Shown here: positions 41,357-54,136 of the stretch, piece by piece
How positions within the stretch are numbered: the first letter of the stretch is position 1
How the letters are laid out: every line of letters starts with the position of its first letter
Source: Nostoc sp.
GTDB lineage: Bacteria; Cyanobacteriota; Cyanobacteriia; Cyanobacteriales; Nostocaceae
Direction of reading: 5' to 3'
NCBI GenBank assembly: GCA_036918135.1
Contig: JBALDB010000055.1
Location: 1 to 64,000 of the forward strand
Length of the DNA: 64,000 nucleotides
Translations under genes and position numbers: made by a program
The notes under the pieces: model-generated
Databases searched by the model: none
What the model saw: only the letters and a program-made list of their open reading frames with translations
What the model was told of the DNA's origin: nothing

Positions 41357-42307
41357 ATGAGCGAAACCCATCCTATCTTAATTCGGCTTGGTCAAGGTCT
41401 TAATCAAGTAATTGTCGGACAATCTAGCTTAATACAGCAACTTTTAGTGGCGCTGCTAGCTGGTGGACACGTAATTTTAGAAGGAGTACCAGGGACTGGT
41501 AAAACCCTACTAGTAAAAGTGTTGGCGCAGTTAATTAAAGGGGAGTTTCGCCGAATTCAACTAACACCAGATGTTTTACCGTCGGATATTACTGGTACAA
41601 ATATTTTTGACTTAAATAGCCGCAATTTTACTTTAAAAAAAGGCCCAATATTTACCGAAGTGCTGCTAGCAGACGAAATTAACCGTACTCCTCCCAAGAC
41701 ACAAGCAGCGCTATTAGAAGCGATGGAAGAGATGCAGGTAACATTAGATGGTGAAAGTTTACCCTTGCCGGAGTTATTTTGGGTGATTGCAACTCAAAAT
41801 CCTCTAGAATTTGAAGGGACTTATCCATTGCCAGAGGCGCAGTTAGATAGGTTTTTATTTAAGCTGGTGGTAGATTACCCTGAGCAAGCTGCTGAAAAGC
41901 AAATGTTACTCAATCGTCAGGCAGGATTTGCAGCACGGCGTTTGGATATTAGCCGTTTGAAACCAGTAGCGACAGTAGCCGACATTTTGCAAGCACGACA
42001 AGCAGTCAAAGAAGTTAAAGTATCAGAAGCGATCGTTGATTACTTGTTAGCGTTGGTGAGAATATCGCGTCAATATCCGGATTTAACTTTAGGTGCATCG
42101 CCTCGCGCCGCTGGTGCTTGGTTACAGACATCTCAAGCCTTAGCGTGGTTAACAGGAAGGGATTTTGTCACACCAGATGATGTCAAAGCAGTTGCATCCC
42201 CGTTGCTACGTCATCGACTAATTTTGAAACCAGAAGCAATGCTAGATGGCTTACAAATTGACGCGGTAATTGCGTCGGTAATCAATCAAGTGCCGGTTCC
42301 CAGGTAA
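41357..42307 (+). CDS. moxR: MoxR AAA+ ATPase
   Basis: GVPGTGKT, RIQLTPD, LADEINR, ATQNP, PLPEAQLDRF. Confidence 0.95.
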   Translation: MSETHPILIRLGQGLNQVIVGQSSLIQQLLVALLAGGHVILEGVPGTGKTLLVKVLAQLIKGEFRRIQLTPDVLPSDITGTNIFDLNSRNFTLKKGPIFTEVLLADEINRTPPKTQAALLEAMEEMQVTLDGESLPLPELFWVIATQNPLEFEGTYPLPEAQLDRFLFKLVVDYPEQAAEKQMLLNRQAGFAARRLDISRLKPVATVADILQARQAVKEVKVSEAIVDYLLALVRISRQYPDLTLGASPRAAGAWLQTSQALAWLTGRDFVTPDDVKAVASPLLRHRLILKPEAMLDGLQIDAVIASVINQVPVPR

Positions 42308-42795
42308 GGGATTTCCAATTAAAAAAATATTTCATCGATGGGGTAGGCAGTTTTTAGCAGGGAGCAGGAAGAGAAGTTGGAGCGGAGGCTTCCTCCGATC
42401 CAAACTTCGGGGGAAGATAGAAAATATCACCTGATTAAATTGGATAATTTATTTTCTGGAAGTCCCTTAAGTCACGAGAATGGTTTAATATTGAATCTGT
42501 TGCAAATGCAGCACTGCATCTGGCTGATGAACCGTGCTGATATCAAACGCGCTCGTAGACCGATATCAATGAAAGCGATCGCTGGAGGATTAATTGCGCT
42601 CTTAGGTGTGGGAATGTTGATAGGTCAATCTTTCCAAACGCCCGTAACATAACCAACACATAATCATAAAGCTAGTTAATGGAAATCGGCAATATCAACA
42701 ACCCCAAAGTCAACTTTTGCACAACTCAAATCGTTATAAGCCCGTATCAAAGCAAGTTTTTTAGGTTGATTAATACTGATTTTACATCTTCAGTT

Positions 42796-43128
42796 TTACT
42801 TTTTGTAACCTACAACTTTTCCAGAATCGTCAAATATAACATCACTCGTCCATAAACACGCATCTACATCAGGAGTGTAGACTGTGCGACCATTAATGCA
42901 ATGACCAGGAACATTACATGGGCCGCAATCTCTTTCAGTAGTAATACCACCGCTACAGGAGATAAATTTAGTTGGGTCTGACGGATGCTGATAGTTTCCG
43001 TCCTTTTTGGCTGAACAATTAAAAGGATCAGAAGTATGTGTCTCTGCATATGCAGGAAGAATTATAATCCCCAAAACCGTTACGAAGATTATAAGACTAC
43101 AGCTAATTAGGTTAATAAATTTTTTCAT
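42796..43128 (-). CDS. Secreted protein with chitin-binding type-2 (CBM14/peritrophin-A)-like domain
   Basis: Signal peptide; C..KDGNYQHPSDPTKFISC.GG....DC...G.VY.....C.W. Confidence 0.7.
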   Translation of the reverse strand: MKKFINLISCSLIIFVTVLGIIILPAYAETHTSDPFNCSAKKDGNYQHPSDPTKFISCSGGITTERDCGPCNVPGHCINGRTVYTPDVDACLWTSDVIFDDSGKVVGYKK

Positions 43129-43422
43129 TGTGGAATTGACTATGTATACAAAAAGCTAAGTAAGTCACTACAAAAGAGTAACAAACACAAGAATTGTTAA
43201 AGAAAAATAAGTTTCTAGAACACCATTTCTCATAAATAAAATTACTTAACCCATCGTTACTGATGGGTTTTGCGCTTTCAATATGTCGGGAAATATGACT
43301 TAGGACTTCAAAATAAAAAATATTCTATATTTTTTGTGGGATAGGTGTCCTCACCTGTCCCATATTCAGGGCGGGCAAGATGCCCACCCCACAACAGGGA
43401 TAGTCTATTTTCGGAAAATCCC

Positions 43423-43806
43423 TTATCTAGAGATATTTCTGCCAGCTTCTGCTGCACTATTGCCTACATCACTAGCAGTGTTTTTAGCGCCCTCTACATA
43501 GCCTGAGCCAAATTGTTTAAAGGCTTCTGCTGACTCTTCTCCAATTTTTTGAAGCCGTTCCCCAGGTTTACCTTTTGTTTCACGAGCTTCTTGATTCCAC
43601 TCACCTGTTGTTTTCGGTCTGCGAGCATCATCTTGCTGTACCTGTTCGCGAACTCTTTCACCTAAGTTTTTGTCAGTGTACCCAGAAGTCATATTCGTGG
43701 TCAGCACTAGAAAACCAACTAAGGCAACAGCTAAAAAACGTTTTACCTCAAGCCCTTTAAGCAGAGAACTGATATGGCCAAAGATGTTAGAAATAAAATT
43801 CGTCAT
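43423..43806 (-). CDS. Hypothetical hydrophilic (LEA-like) protein with N-terminal hydrophobic segment
   Basis: 127 aa; RPKTTGEW motif, charged helical repeats. Confidence 0.7.
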   Translation of the reverse strand: MTNFISNIFGHISSLLKGLEVKRFLAVALVGFLVLTTNMTSGYTDKNLGERVREQVQQDDARRPKTTGEWNQEARETKGKPGERLQKIGEESAEAFKQFGSGYVEGAKNTASDVGNSAAEAGRNISR

Positions 43807-44619
43807 GGAAAATAGGTTACTTTTTTCAGTACAGATAAAAGACTAACTAGAAATAAATAATTATCCTTCTAACAAAAGACATATCTCAGATATCAAAAAT
43901 CAAAGATTTTTCAATCCTGGGTAATAGATAATTTGTCAAATAAATGAGCTTATTCCAATTAAGCAACGTACTGACGTAAAAAAAGGCAGCCATAACAATC
44001 TTATTTGATTTATTCAAATCACAAGACTGAGATACCCAATCTCTTAAATAACTTGACGATATTATCATTTATAAATGATTAAGTAGCACTATATGCTTGA
44101 GGTAAGAACAATAATTTATAATTCTCAAATTAAGGAAATCTGGAATTTTTCCTTAGCTCTAACTTCTATCTCCATTTTTAGCAAGTACTCTTCAAGCTTG
44201 CTATAACCAGAATTTACCACAGAAGAAAGTCTGATGGCAAGGCACAAAAATCTTTATCACGTGCAAATGAGTGAAATAAGGAACAATACTTTGGAAATAG
44301 GCTGATTTGAGCAGCCACACCAAATTTTTATAACTCGTGCTTGAGATTTATTACTAGATTAAATGTAGCACTTAATACAATTTTAGTGCTACATTTGCTT
44401 TTTAATACAATAAATCTAGTTTAAAAGAATATATGTCTTTAGATATATAAGTTGTATATCTGAAGACATAAAAGCTTGATGTATAAATTTTTGTGGAAAA
44501 TGCATAATTTCTGAAAATTTACTAATAGCAATCAAAAATAACACTATTTTTCGGCTATCGAGACTTAGCCAACATTTTTCTTCTCAACACGATAACTGCT
44601 TGAGGTGGAAAGCTAAAAA

Positions 44620-47355
44620 ATGAAATACTGGATCGGTAAGTTAATAATATTTATAGTATTATTGTACAACTTGTTACTAGTGACAGATTACGCAAGAGCT
44701 AGCCAACTTTCAAATATTGATGTGCAGTCATTAAATGCACTCTCAGTAATTGAAAACTTAGCAAGTGCTGACAATAATTTTGGCAACAGTAAAAAAGCAG
44801 GTTTTCGTCGGTTCAGTGAAATAGTCAAAAAGTCAGGTAAATTAGAGGGACTTTTTACACTTTATTGTAATGATGACTCAAGCAAGATTTACTTAGAAAT
44901 TAAACCAGAGCAACTAAATAAGAATTATTTAGCTACAATCACATTAGAATCGGGCATTGGTGAAAGTGGGATTTATAGTGGATTACCTCTTGCTGATTTT
45001 CTATTTTATTTCCGACAAATAAATAATAAATTGCATTTTGTGATTCGGAATGTGAAATTTCGTACGGAAAGTATTACAGAACAGCGATCGCTTGCTCGTT
45101 CGTTTAGCGACTCAGTTATTTATTCGTTAGAAATTCATAGTATTCATCCATTTAGTAAAAATATTTTGCTCGACCTGGATGATCTGTTAATGCAGGATTT
45201 TCCGGGACTAACTCCTTTATTAAAATACTCTTTGCAAGCTGATTATCAGTTGGAACCAAGTAAGTCTTATTTTGGTGATGTCAACAGCTTCCCCGAAAAC
45301 GTAGAGATTGATTCGATTTACGGTTTTTCATCATCAGAAGGAGCAAATTTAGTTACCGTACCTGATAGTAGGGCACTCAGTCTCAAGGTACACTACAGTT
45401 TTTCCCAGTTAAGAGAAAACAACGGTTATATTCCTAGACTTGCCGACGACCGCGTAGGATATTTTATTACTGCCTTCCAAGATTTCTCTAGCAATAACTC
45501 TGAAGAAGAATTTGTACGTTACATCAATCGTTGGCATTTAGAACCATCCGACCCTAACATTGTATCTCCACCCAAAAAACCAATTGTATTTTGGATTGAA
45601 AATGCTGTGCCGCTAGAGTATCGGGATGCAATTCGTGAAGGCGTCTTGATGTGGAACAAAGCATTTGAAAAAGCTGGATTCCAAAATGCCATTCAAGTCC
45701 AGCAAATGCCGGATAATGCTGATTGGCAACCAGCGGATGTGCGCTACAACACTATTCGTTGGTTCAATTCTCTGGATGCGGGTTTTGCCAAAGGCCCGAC
45801 CCGCGTTAACCCACTCACAGGAGAAATATTAGATGCAGATATTATGGTTGATGCCAGTATGGTGCGCTCAATTCGGCAAATATACCGCACCTATGTGGAA
45901 TCAAATAACAAGCAATTTAGGAATAGAAACATTACTTTAGCCTCTGAATGCACTGATAGACAATTACCCCAGACTACTAACTTTCTAGCTTTGACTTCCA
46001 CAAGAAATGCTGATATCTGCTATGGTAAAGGACTTGTAAATCAGGCAAATATGGGAGCGCTAGCATTGTCAATTTTACAAAATGCCACACCCAGTAGTGA
46101 AGCCATACAAGAATATGTGCATCAATATTTGCGTTCTCTAATCGCTCATGAAGTCGGGCATACTCTTGGTTTGCGCCACAACTTTCACGGCAGCGCTATG
46201 TTAGCACCTGAAGAGTTAAATAACACTGAAATTACTCACACTAAAGGTTTAGTGGGTTCGGTGATGGACTATCTACCCGTGAACGTAGCACCACAGGGAG
46301 TAGATCAAGGTGACTATTTTCCAAAGATTATTGGCCCTTACGATGAATGGGCAATTGAGTATGGTTATAAAATAAACCCATCAGCAAAAATTGAGCCAAT
46401 GATTCCAGAAACGGAAAAAAGTTTTTTGGAAAAGATTGCTTTAGCCTCACCTCAACCAGAATTATCTTACGCAACAGATGAAGACATCTTAGACGTTAAT
46501 CCCCTAGCAAATGTTTGGGATATGAGTAATGATGTTTTAGTTTATTCTCAGTGGCAAATGGATAATGCCCGCGTTATGTGGCAACGCCTAGAAAAGGGTT
46601 ATTTATCACCGGGAGAAAGTTACAGCAATTTGCGCGTTTTATTCGATAGAGTACTTCTATATTATTTTAGTAATGCTAAATTGCTCTCTCAATACATTGG
46701 TGGGCAATCGTTTCGGCGTCTTCATGCTGGTGATGATAGTTCCTGGGCATTTGTACCAGTTTCATTATTCAAACAACGTCAAGCATTGACTAAATTACAA
46801 GAATATGTATTTGCTGATAATGCTTTTAATTTCTCAGCACAATTGTTGAATCAGTTAGCACCATCGCGTTGGCAACATTGGGGTAGTTTTGTACCCAATT
46901 ATCGCCTTGATTATCCGATTCACGATCGCATTTTGAATTTCCAAACTGCGATATTGCGATCGCTATTAGATAGCGATCGCTTAAATCGGTTACAAGATAT
47001 AGAATTAAAAACCCAGCCTGGACAAGCACTTACTATTCCAGAATTATTCGACACCTTACAAACAAGCATCTGGACAGAAGTTTTAACCCCAAGAGAATTC
47101 AAGTCAATTTCTAGCATCCGCCGTTCATTGCAACGAGAATATTTGAATATTTTGCTAGCAATTATGTTGCATACTACTGATGCGCCTGAAGATGGTCGGA
47201 CACTGGCTTGGTATAAATTGCACCAATTGCAAAAAGCGATAGATATCAGACTCAAACAACTGAGTGAAAACATCGATATTTACACCTTAGCTCACTTACA
47301 AGTTTCTGGCGATCGCATTAATAAAGCATTACACGCACAGTTACTCTCGAATTAG
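44620..47355 (+). CDS. Zinc-dependent metalloprotease (metzincin)
   Basis: HEVGHTLGLRHN, SVMDY Met-turn, PRLADDRVGYF. Confidence 0.92.
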   Translation: MKYWIGKLIIFIVLLYNLLLVTDYARASQLSNIDVQSLNALSVIENLASADNNFGNSKKAGFRRFSEIVKKSGKLEGLFTLYCNDDSSKIYLEIKPEQLNKNYLATITLESGIGESGIYSGLPLADFLFYFRQINNKLHFVIRNVKFRTESITEQRSLARSFSDSVIYSLEIHSIHPFSKNILLDLDDLLMQDFPGLTPLLKYSLQADYQLEPSKSYFGDVNSFPENVEIDSIYGFSSSEGANLVTVPDSRALSLKVHYSFSQLRENNGYIPRLADDRVGYFITAFQDFSSNNSEEEFVRYINRWHLEPSDPNIVSPPKKPIVFWIENAVPLEYRDAIREGVLMWNKAFEKAGFQNAIQVQQMPDNADWQPADVRYNTIRWFNSLDAGFAKGPTRVNPLTGEILDADIMVDASMVRSIRQIYRTYVESNNKQFRNRNITLASECTDRQLPQTTNFLALTSTRNADICYGKGLVNQANMGALALSILQNATPSSEAIQEYVHQYLRSLIAHEVGHTLGLRHNFHGSAMLAPEELNNTEITHTKGLVGSVMDYLPVNVAPQGVDQGDYFPKIIGPYDEWAIEYGYKINPSAKIEPMIPETEKSFLEKIALASPQPELSYATDEDILDVNPLANVWDMSNDVLVYSQWQMDNARVMWQRLEKGYLSPGESYSNLRVLFDRVLLYYFSNAKLLSQYIGGQSFRRLHAGDDSSWAFVPVSLFKQRQALTKLQEYVFADNAFNFSAQLLNQLAPSRWQHWGSFVPNYRLDYPIHDRILNFQTAILRSLLDSDRLNRLQDIELKTQPGQALTIPELFDTLQTSIWTEVLTPREFKSISSIRRSLQREYLNILLAIMLHTTDAPEDGRTLAWYKLHQLQKAIDIRLKQLSENIDIYTLAHLQVSGDRINKALHAQLLSN

Positions 47356-47716
47356 TCATTGAGCGTTGGTTATTAACCATTGATGTATTTATATAGCGAC
47401 GATCCTCTCTTGGAAACCGAACTACATCTACGACAAATAATTTTACTTTTGACATGTTTAGAATGGCTGTGGCGAGATAGAAGTAATTTTTATACACTAG
47501 CAAGACTAGATTTTTGTATTTAAGAACAGTTTTCTAGATAAAATACCAGCGAAACTTAATTTCTTTTCCTAATACTTGTCGCCTTTACCTTTAATACAGT
47601 AAATAGATAAAATAAGATGCTCAATTACTAATAATTTTGATAAATATTTAAATTATTGAAATTATTGTAAAATTATTGACAATAAATCTTATTAAAGAAG
47701 TTATTAATTGCCAGCT

Positions 47717-48686
47717 ATGACCATTACTCTCACAGAAAATGAAAGTAGCGAACTTTGGGCAGAAACTAAAGTAAACAACCTACAAAACCCAGAGCCGGAT
47801 GAATTTATTTATCAAATGCCAACAATTCTCGGCAAGGGCTATGAGCGAAACATTAAAGTCTATCCTAATCTCCTGCTTACAATTCACGACTTAGAATATC
47901 ACGATGATTTATTGGTGAAATTTCCGGAATCGAATCATCCTCTGCAATTTAGTGTCGATATTTTAGGAGTTAATGCAGACAATATCACTTATTTCTGGTG
48001 CTGGCATTCAACGCTCATGGACTGAGGAGAATCCGAAATTTGAACGAAGTGTGTTTGTTAATATTCATATGCCACCTGAGCTATTGGCAACCTTTTTCCC
48101 GACAGCAGGTGGTGAAATTCCTTGTGAGTTCAGCTTTCTGGTAAAGGGTGATGATTGGCAGACAATGCTACAGCCCAAAAAGACACCTGTTATTAACTCT
48201 GTGGCACAACAAATCATCAATTGTCCCTATCAAGGAATCACCAAGCGGTTGTTTTTGTAGACAAAAGTGCCAGAACTAATCGGGTTGCATTTAACTTCTA
48301 TTCTGGTGGGTCGAGGTGGAGTACAAAGGTCGCCACGACTGAAGCCCGAAACTATCACCCGAATTTATCACGCTAGGGATATTTTGCACTCCCGTCTGGA
48401 AAATCCACCATCGATACTGGAATTAGCGCAACTAGTAGGTGTGAGCCATCGCACTCTCAAACGTGGATTTCGAGAATTGTTTAATACAACGGTATTTGGT
48501 TATGTGACTGATAAACGTATGGAACAAGCAGAACAACTGTTACGTAACAGCCATCTTACTGTTGCCGAAGTTGCCAATTTGGTAGGTTATACCCACCTTG
48601 GACACTTTGCTGCTGCCTTTAAGCACAAGTTTGGCATTTTACCGAGTGAATGTTTATCGGGTAAAAAGTTCTTGACGGGACTATGA
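47717..48686 (+). pseudogene. AraC/PchR-type regulator, disrupted
   Basis: Split over three ORFs: frameshift near 47990 and in-frame TAG at 48258-48260; C-terminal HTH intact. Confidence 0.85.
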
Positions 48687-48796
48687 TGAACCTTTTGGGA
48701 TAGACAAAACCACGAGTCCCACTTTACAGTGTGCTTTATTGCAATTAATAAATATCTGCAATAAGGTTTTTAATCAAAAGTGTGTGAGAAGTGGGA

Positions 48797-49492
48797 TGAA
48801 AAGTTGGCGTTTATCAGCCGATTCCTCCAATTTCGCTGTATGCCAGCTACAGTCGGTCATTTACTCCCAATACTGGAACCGACTTTGAGGGCAATCAATT
48901 TAAGCCAGAGCGCGGTACGTCCTATGAAGTGGGCATCAAAGGTGATATCAGCAATCGGCTGTCTGCGACCCTAGCCTTCTATGACGTAACCCGCTCCAAT
49001 GTTTTGACTACCGATCCCGTCAACATTGATTTTTTGATCCAAACGGGAGAGCAGCGTAGTAAGGGGTTTGAATTCAGCTTGGCTGGTGAAATCTTACCGG
49101 GATGGAACATCATTGCAGGTTACGCTTACACGGATGCAACCGTCACAAAAGACAATGACATTCCCGTTGGCAACCTGCTGAACAATGTGCCGAAACATAG
49201 CTTTAACATCTGGACTAGCTATGAAATTCAAACAGGCAGCTGGAAAGGATTTGGCGTGGGTGCTGGAGTATTTTTCGTTGGTGATAGGCAGGGAGATTTA
49301 GACAATACCTTTGAATTGCCTAGTTATCTCCGTACCGATGCAGCCATCTTCTACAGACGCGATCGATTTAGAGCAGGGGTTAATTTCAAGAATCTGTTTA
49401 ACGTGGACTATTTTGAGTCTGCCATTAGCAGATTGGGTATTTATCCTGGCGATCCGTTTGTCGTTCAGGGAACGGTTTCGTGGCAGTTTTGA
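48797..49492 (+). pseudogene. TonB-dependent siderophore receptor remnant
   Basis: Only the C-terminal barrel (GEQRSKG, NFKNLFN, terminal WQF) after a few N-terminal codons. Confidence 0.85.
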
Positions 49493-49513
49493 TTCCCATT
49501 ATCCTCTATCTTT

Positions 49514-51283
49514 ATGAACCGCAAAACTCTGCGTAATTTTGTATTCATCCTCCACCGCTATATTGGCTTAGTCGTGGGAGTGCTGTTAATCATCGCTGGC
49601 TTAACAGGTAGCTTGCTGGTGTTTTCACCTGAAATCGATGAATTTCTGCTCACTCATCAAATTGGACACGTCATTCCCTCTGGACAAAAAATTCCTATTG
49701 AATCAGTCATAAACACTGTAAAAGCAGCCTACAGCAACCAGCCAGAACTCAAAGTAGATCGCATCTATACATCCAAAAAAGCTGATGCTGCCCATGAAGT
49801 GATGCTTGAATCTGCACGGGGGGAAGCTACAGCAGTTTATGTAAATCCTTACACAGGCACAATTATCGGTAGCCGGATGAGCGATCGCACCAAACTCACC
49901 CTAGCAGGTGAATATAAAGAGCGTAACAAAGATAATGGTAATTTTGGTCTTCCATTTGAAGGTACTTTATTACCTAATCCGAATGGCAGACTCCCTCGCA
50001 ATCTTAATCCAGTCTGGCCAGATCCCAAAAGAACAGAAATAAGTAAATATGGAGCTAGTTACGACCTTGAGCATCGTTTTAGCAAAGACTGGCAGCTACG
50101 CAGTCGTTTCCTGTTTTCTCATGATGTAAATGATAGAGCTACAGTCGATCTCGGCGAATTTGCCCCAGATTTCCGTACTGTGGATAGATACTATGGATAC
50201 AATCTAGCCACTAGTGATAACTATAATTTTGACACTTATACAGTTGGCAAATTTCAGACAGGCAGCATTAGGTATCAACTGGTAACTGGCTTTAATTACC
50301 AGTGGGCAGCATACTCAGAGGTTGGTGGCGGTGGTGGACCTTTTGACCAACTCGATCTGTACAACCCCATATATCGTCAACGAGTCAAACTTGGACTAAA
50401 TGATACATACACATTTGCCAATTTATATAAATCAAACTCATATGGCTTTTATATCCAAGATCAACTGACCCTGGCGGAAAATTTAAAACTGGTTTTGGGG
50501 GGACGCTACGATATTGCAAATTCAAAAGCAGGGAATATTGGTGAGGACTTGATTGAGTCCCCACAACAGGAAGCTTTTAGCCCAAGAGTTGGGATCGTCT
50601 ATCAACCAATTGAGCCAGTTTCCCTCTACGCTAGCTACAGTCGCTCATTTACCCCACAAGGTGGACAAGATTTTGATGGTAACTTGTTTCAACCAGAACG
50701 TGGCACACAGTATGAAGTGGGTGTGAAAGTAGATTTGAATGACAAGCTTTCTACAACCCTGGCTTTGTATGATTTAACCCGTTCCAATGTCCTTACTGGC
50801 GATCCCGATCTAGCCCGTCGAAATTTAGGATTTTTTGTTCAAGTTGGCGAACAGCGTAGCCGAGGTATTGAATTTAACGTGTCTGGTGAAATTTTGCCGG
50901 GATGGAACATTATTGCTAACTATGCTTTTACAGATTCAACAATCACAAAAGATAACGACCTTCCAGTTGGTAACGAGCTTGATAACGTAGCAAAACATTC
51001 TGCTACCCTATGGACAACCTACGAAATTCAATCTGGTAGTTTGCAAGGATTAGGCTTTGGAGTCGGAGTATTTTATGTTGGTGAAAGACAAGCACTTCTC
51101 CCCAATGATTCACAATATATATTACCCAGCTATGTCAGCACTGATGCCGCAATTTTTTACAAACGAGACAGGTTCCGTGCTGCACTAAATTTCAAAAACC
51201 TATTTGACTTGTACTATTTTGAGTCTATCGGTCTACTAGGCGATCCATTTACTGTACAAGGTACAGTTTCGTGGGAGCTATAA
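49514..51283 (+). pseudogene. Chimeric ORF: PepSY-TM N-terminus fused in frame to a TonB receptor C-terminal barrel
   Basis: LHRYIGL...VYVNPYTG then SDRTKLTL...FSPRVG...; junction on HIP1 at 49881-49888; no plug domain. Confidence 0.85.
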
Positions 51284-51562
51284 TCCTACGTTTACTTAGG
51301 CGGAGGGGTTCGTTTGATGATTCTCAAATTGCGATCGCCCTTCTAAGAAAAGTTTTTGGTTTACTGATAAAAGCCTTACTGGAGGATTTTCAAAATCATA
51401 CCAGAAGATTCACTCTTTATGGTTCACCTTACTCAGTTTTTGCAGCGTTTGTTTTAACTACGACCGCTTGCTCACATTGAGAGCGATCGCTGCTGAATTG
51501 TTCGGGTAATTCCTATAAAATTATTGCTAATTGCTAGCATTAACTCTATTGTTCGCTGACCT

Positions 51563-51660
51563 TTGCTTGGCAAGTTTAAGACTGGTTCAATTACAGACCA
51601 GGTTTTAGTGGGTTTTGATTTTAACTACTTTAACTGGAGTCATTCTCCTGTATTTGCAAG
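51563..51660 (+). pseudogene. Short TonB receptor fragment
   Basis: GKFKTGSITDQVLVGFDF resembles GKFQTGSIRYQLVTGF in the upstream receptor. Confidence 0.55.
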
Positions 51661-51668
51661 CCGCATCC

Positions 51669-53078
51669 TCAAGGTAACTGAGTTAATTTCGGTTGGTCTA
51701 GATATGTATACACCAATTGAGAAACTTGACGAACAAAATCCCTTCCTCTAATGTCATTGTAAGGTCTTCTCACAAAAATTCCTGCTAAGTAACGCTTGCC
51801 ATTAGGCATCTCAACAATACCTGCATCTCCAATTACAAACCCTATGTCCCCTGTTTTGTGAGCAATTAGCGCTCCCGAACCCAAACCAGCAGCCAGCAAC
51901 TTTTTGTTATGGCAATGACTCAAGATGTCTAAAGCCTGAGAGCGACTTCCATCTGAAATTAACTTATGATACTGAATCAATGCTGACAATTTTACTAAAT
52001 CTGCGGGACTAGTAGTATTAGTTCCCTTAAAATCTCCTAGCAAATTACGAATTACAGTATTTTTCAATCCCCAACTGCCAAACCGTTGATTCAGTATTGC
52101 TTTACCACCCAAACGGTCAATAATTATATTTGTGGCAGTATTATCACTGATACCAATCATTTTGTTAATGGTTTGCAGCACAGTCAACTTGGTTCCTACA
52201 CGTTGATACTGCAAGTCTCCAGAACCACTTGCAACTAAATCTCGTCGTATTACCAAGGTGTCATTTAGCTTGACTTGACCAGCGTCTATTTTCTCAAATA
52301 AAGCAATCAGAATTGGGAACTTAATTGTACTAGCAGCGGGAAATACTTTGTCGCCACTAATATCCAAATAGTTACCCGTCTCTAAATCTACAAAAAACAT
52401 TCCTGGCTTTAGGAAACTATAACGAGCCATCAACGCATTAATTTGAGATTTTAGTTGTGGTATTTGCTCACCTAAAGCAACTACCCCAGCAAACATAGAA
52501 GCATTGATTGGTTTAGTGAGTATATCTGGTGGACTAGGCTGATTAATAATTGCAATATCTTGAAGAGGCGCTCTAGTTTGAAATAAGAGAACTTGGGATT
52601 TTTTCTGGAGATTAGGGGTAATGGAAATTGGTGTTTGAGAGGACTGTTCTCCAGTCTCTATTCCCCATTCCACAACCCTCCTCACAGGCATTTTTTCAAT
52701 TGATGATAATTTGACGACCCAATGAGAGTCAGAATCTCCCTTGACTATGACACTTTGGGGAGAGACAGTGTAACCGGATGCTAATTCAATTACGAGTCGG
52801 GTTGTCTGGGGGTCAAGCTGTGCTACCCGAATTTCTCGAATCACTGAACCAAAGCTTTGTTTGGTTGTAGGATAACCCAAAATATTACCTGATAAATCAA
52901 TAACAAGTCTTTTAGGATTATTAATTAAAAAAACTCTCGGTTGGATACCTGAGTCAGTGGTTAAGTCAAGCTGATTTTGAATGGGGTCAAAGTGCCAGGA
53001 TTCTAATCAAGTAGCTCTTGCAGGTGAGGATAGCAGCAAAATGCTAATTAAACTCAGTAAAAACCAGCGTAATTTCAT
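51669..53078 (-). pseudogene. AMIN-domain class A beta-lactamase-like serine hydrolase with a nonsense codon after the signal peptide
   Basis: ASTIK (SxxK), SDN, HKTG; ATG 53078 in frame with TGA at codon 24 (53007-53009). Confidence 0.8.
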
Positions 53079-53346
53079 ACAGTATGGTGAGGGTATTGTT
53101 GAATTTACTTATTGTAGATTTTCTCAAATAGTAAATTATATTAGAACTGATTGAGAATCATAAATAAGAAAATATGAAATGTCAAGAATTTTAGATGTCA
53201 ATAAAAAATTATGTAGTGAAGATAGATTATATTTTATATAAGTTAGTATAATTTAATTCACATTCGTTTTAAAAATGGGTGATAAAGCTTTCTCAAATTA
53301 CTATAGAAGCATCTATAAAACTGAGATTTTACTATTGAGAATTAGT

Positions 53347-53727
53347 TTATGTATTTTTATCTGTACAAGGTCTGATTTTCTCTGTTGGTGAAAGATATCC
53401 ACCTTCAACTCCGATAGTTATTCCCCTTGTCTGACGTAACACATTTATCGCTTTCGGACAGTCACAACGAAATTTAGAAATTGCAGCATCGCTCTCCTCA
53501 TCTGTCATATTTAGTTCTATTACCTTTTGATTATCAGTCTGAGTATTATCAGCTTTTGCTATAAATAGGCGATTAAAAGTTGCTAGATGAGCATTTCCGC
53601 TACAGTTTTGGCGTTGACAATTTAAGGTGGCTGTATGAGCATCATTTGTGGAAGTATTTTCAGGTAATTTCTCTTGATTAAGATTATCTGCTTTTGCAGA
53701 TTTTTCTAAGAATAAATTCAGTAGCAA
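53347..53727 (-). CDS. Hypothetical protein, possibly truncated
   Basis: ORF with EESDAAI..F.CDCP motif; start unclear. Confidence 0.5.
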   Translation of the reverse strand: MLLNLFLEKSAKADNLNQEKLPENTSTNDAHTATLNCQRQNCSGNAHLATFNRLFIAKADNTQTDNQKVIELNMTDEESDAAISKFRCDCPKAINVLRQTRGITIGVEGGYLSPTEKIRPCTDKNT

Positions 53728-54136
53728 CGAAGTAACAAATGTTGAACTGGCAAATAAAATTAGGGGTAGCTTTTTTACTACTTTCTTCTAAATATGCGAT
53801 TGGACTGCACAATCTTAACACTTTCAACTTTGAATGTCAGTCTATTTTTATCATCAAAATTAGATTTTAATTATTTCATCAATAAAGATTAATATATTAA
53901 GTACTAATTCTGAAAACCTATTAATAAATATTTTACATTAAGTGATAATTTCCATTAATTATAAATAAATGGAAATAAAGTAAATATATTTTATAGAATT
54001 ACCTACTTTTTAAAATTATTTAAAAAGTTAAAAATTTAATATTTGAGTCTTTGACTTTGCCATTAAATCTTTGTACATTGCAATTGTAACAAAACGTTAA
54101 AAATAGAAAGCTTATTTTTATTTGAGATGAGTATCA

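Noticed and set aside
42377..42652. 91-aa ORF after moxR
   Set aside because: Starts in repeat-like sequence and has no recognisable family; at most a gene remnant.
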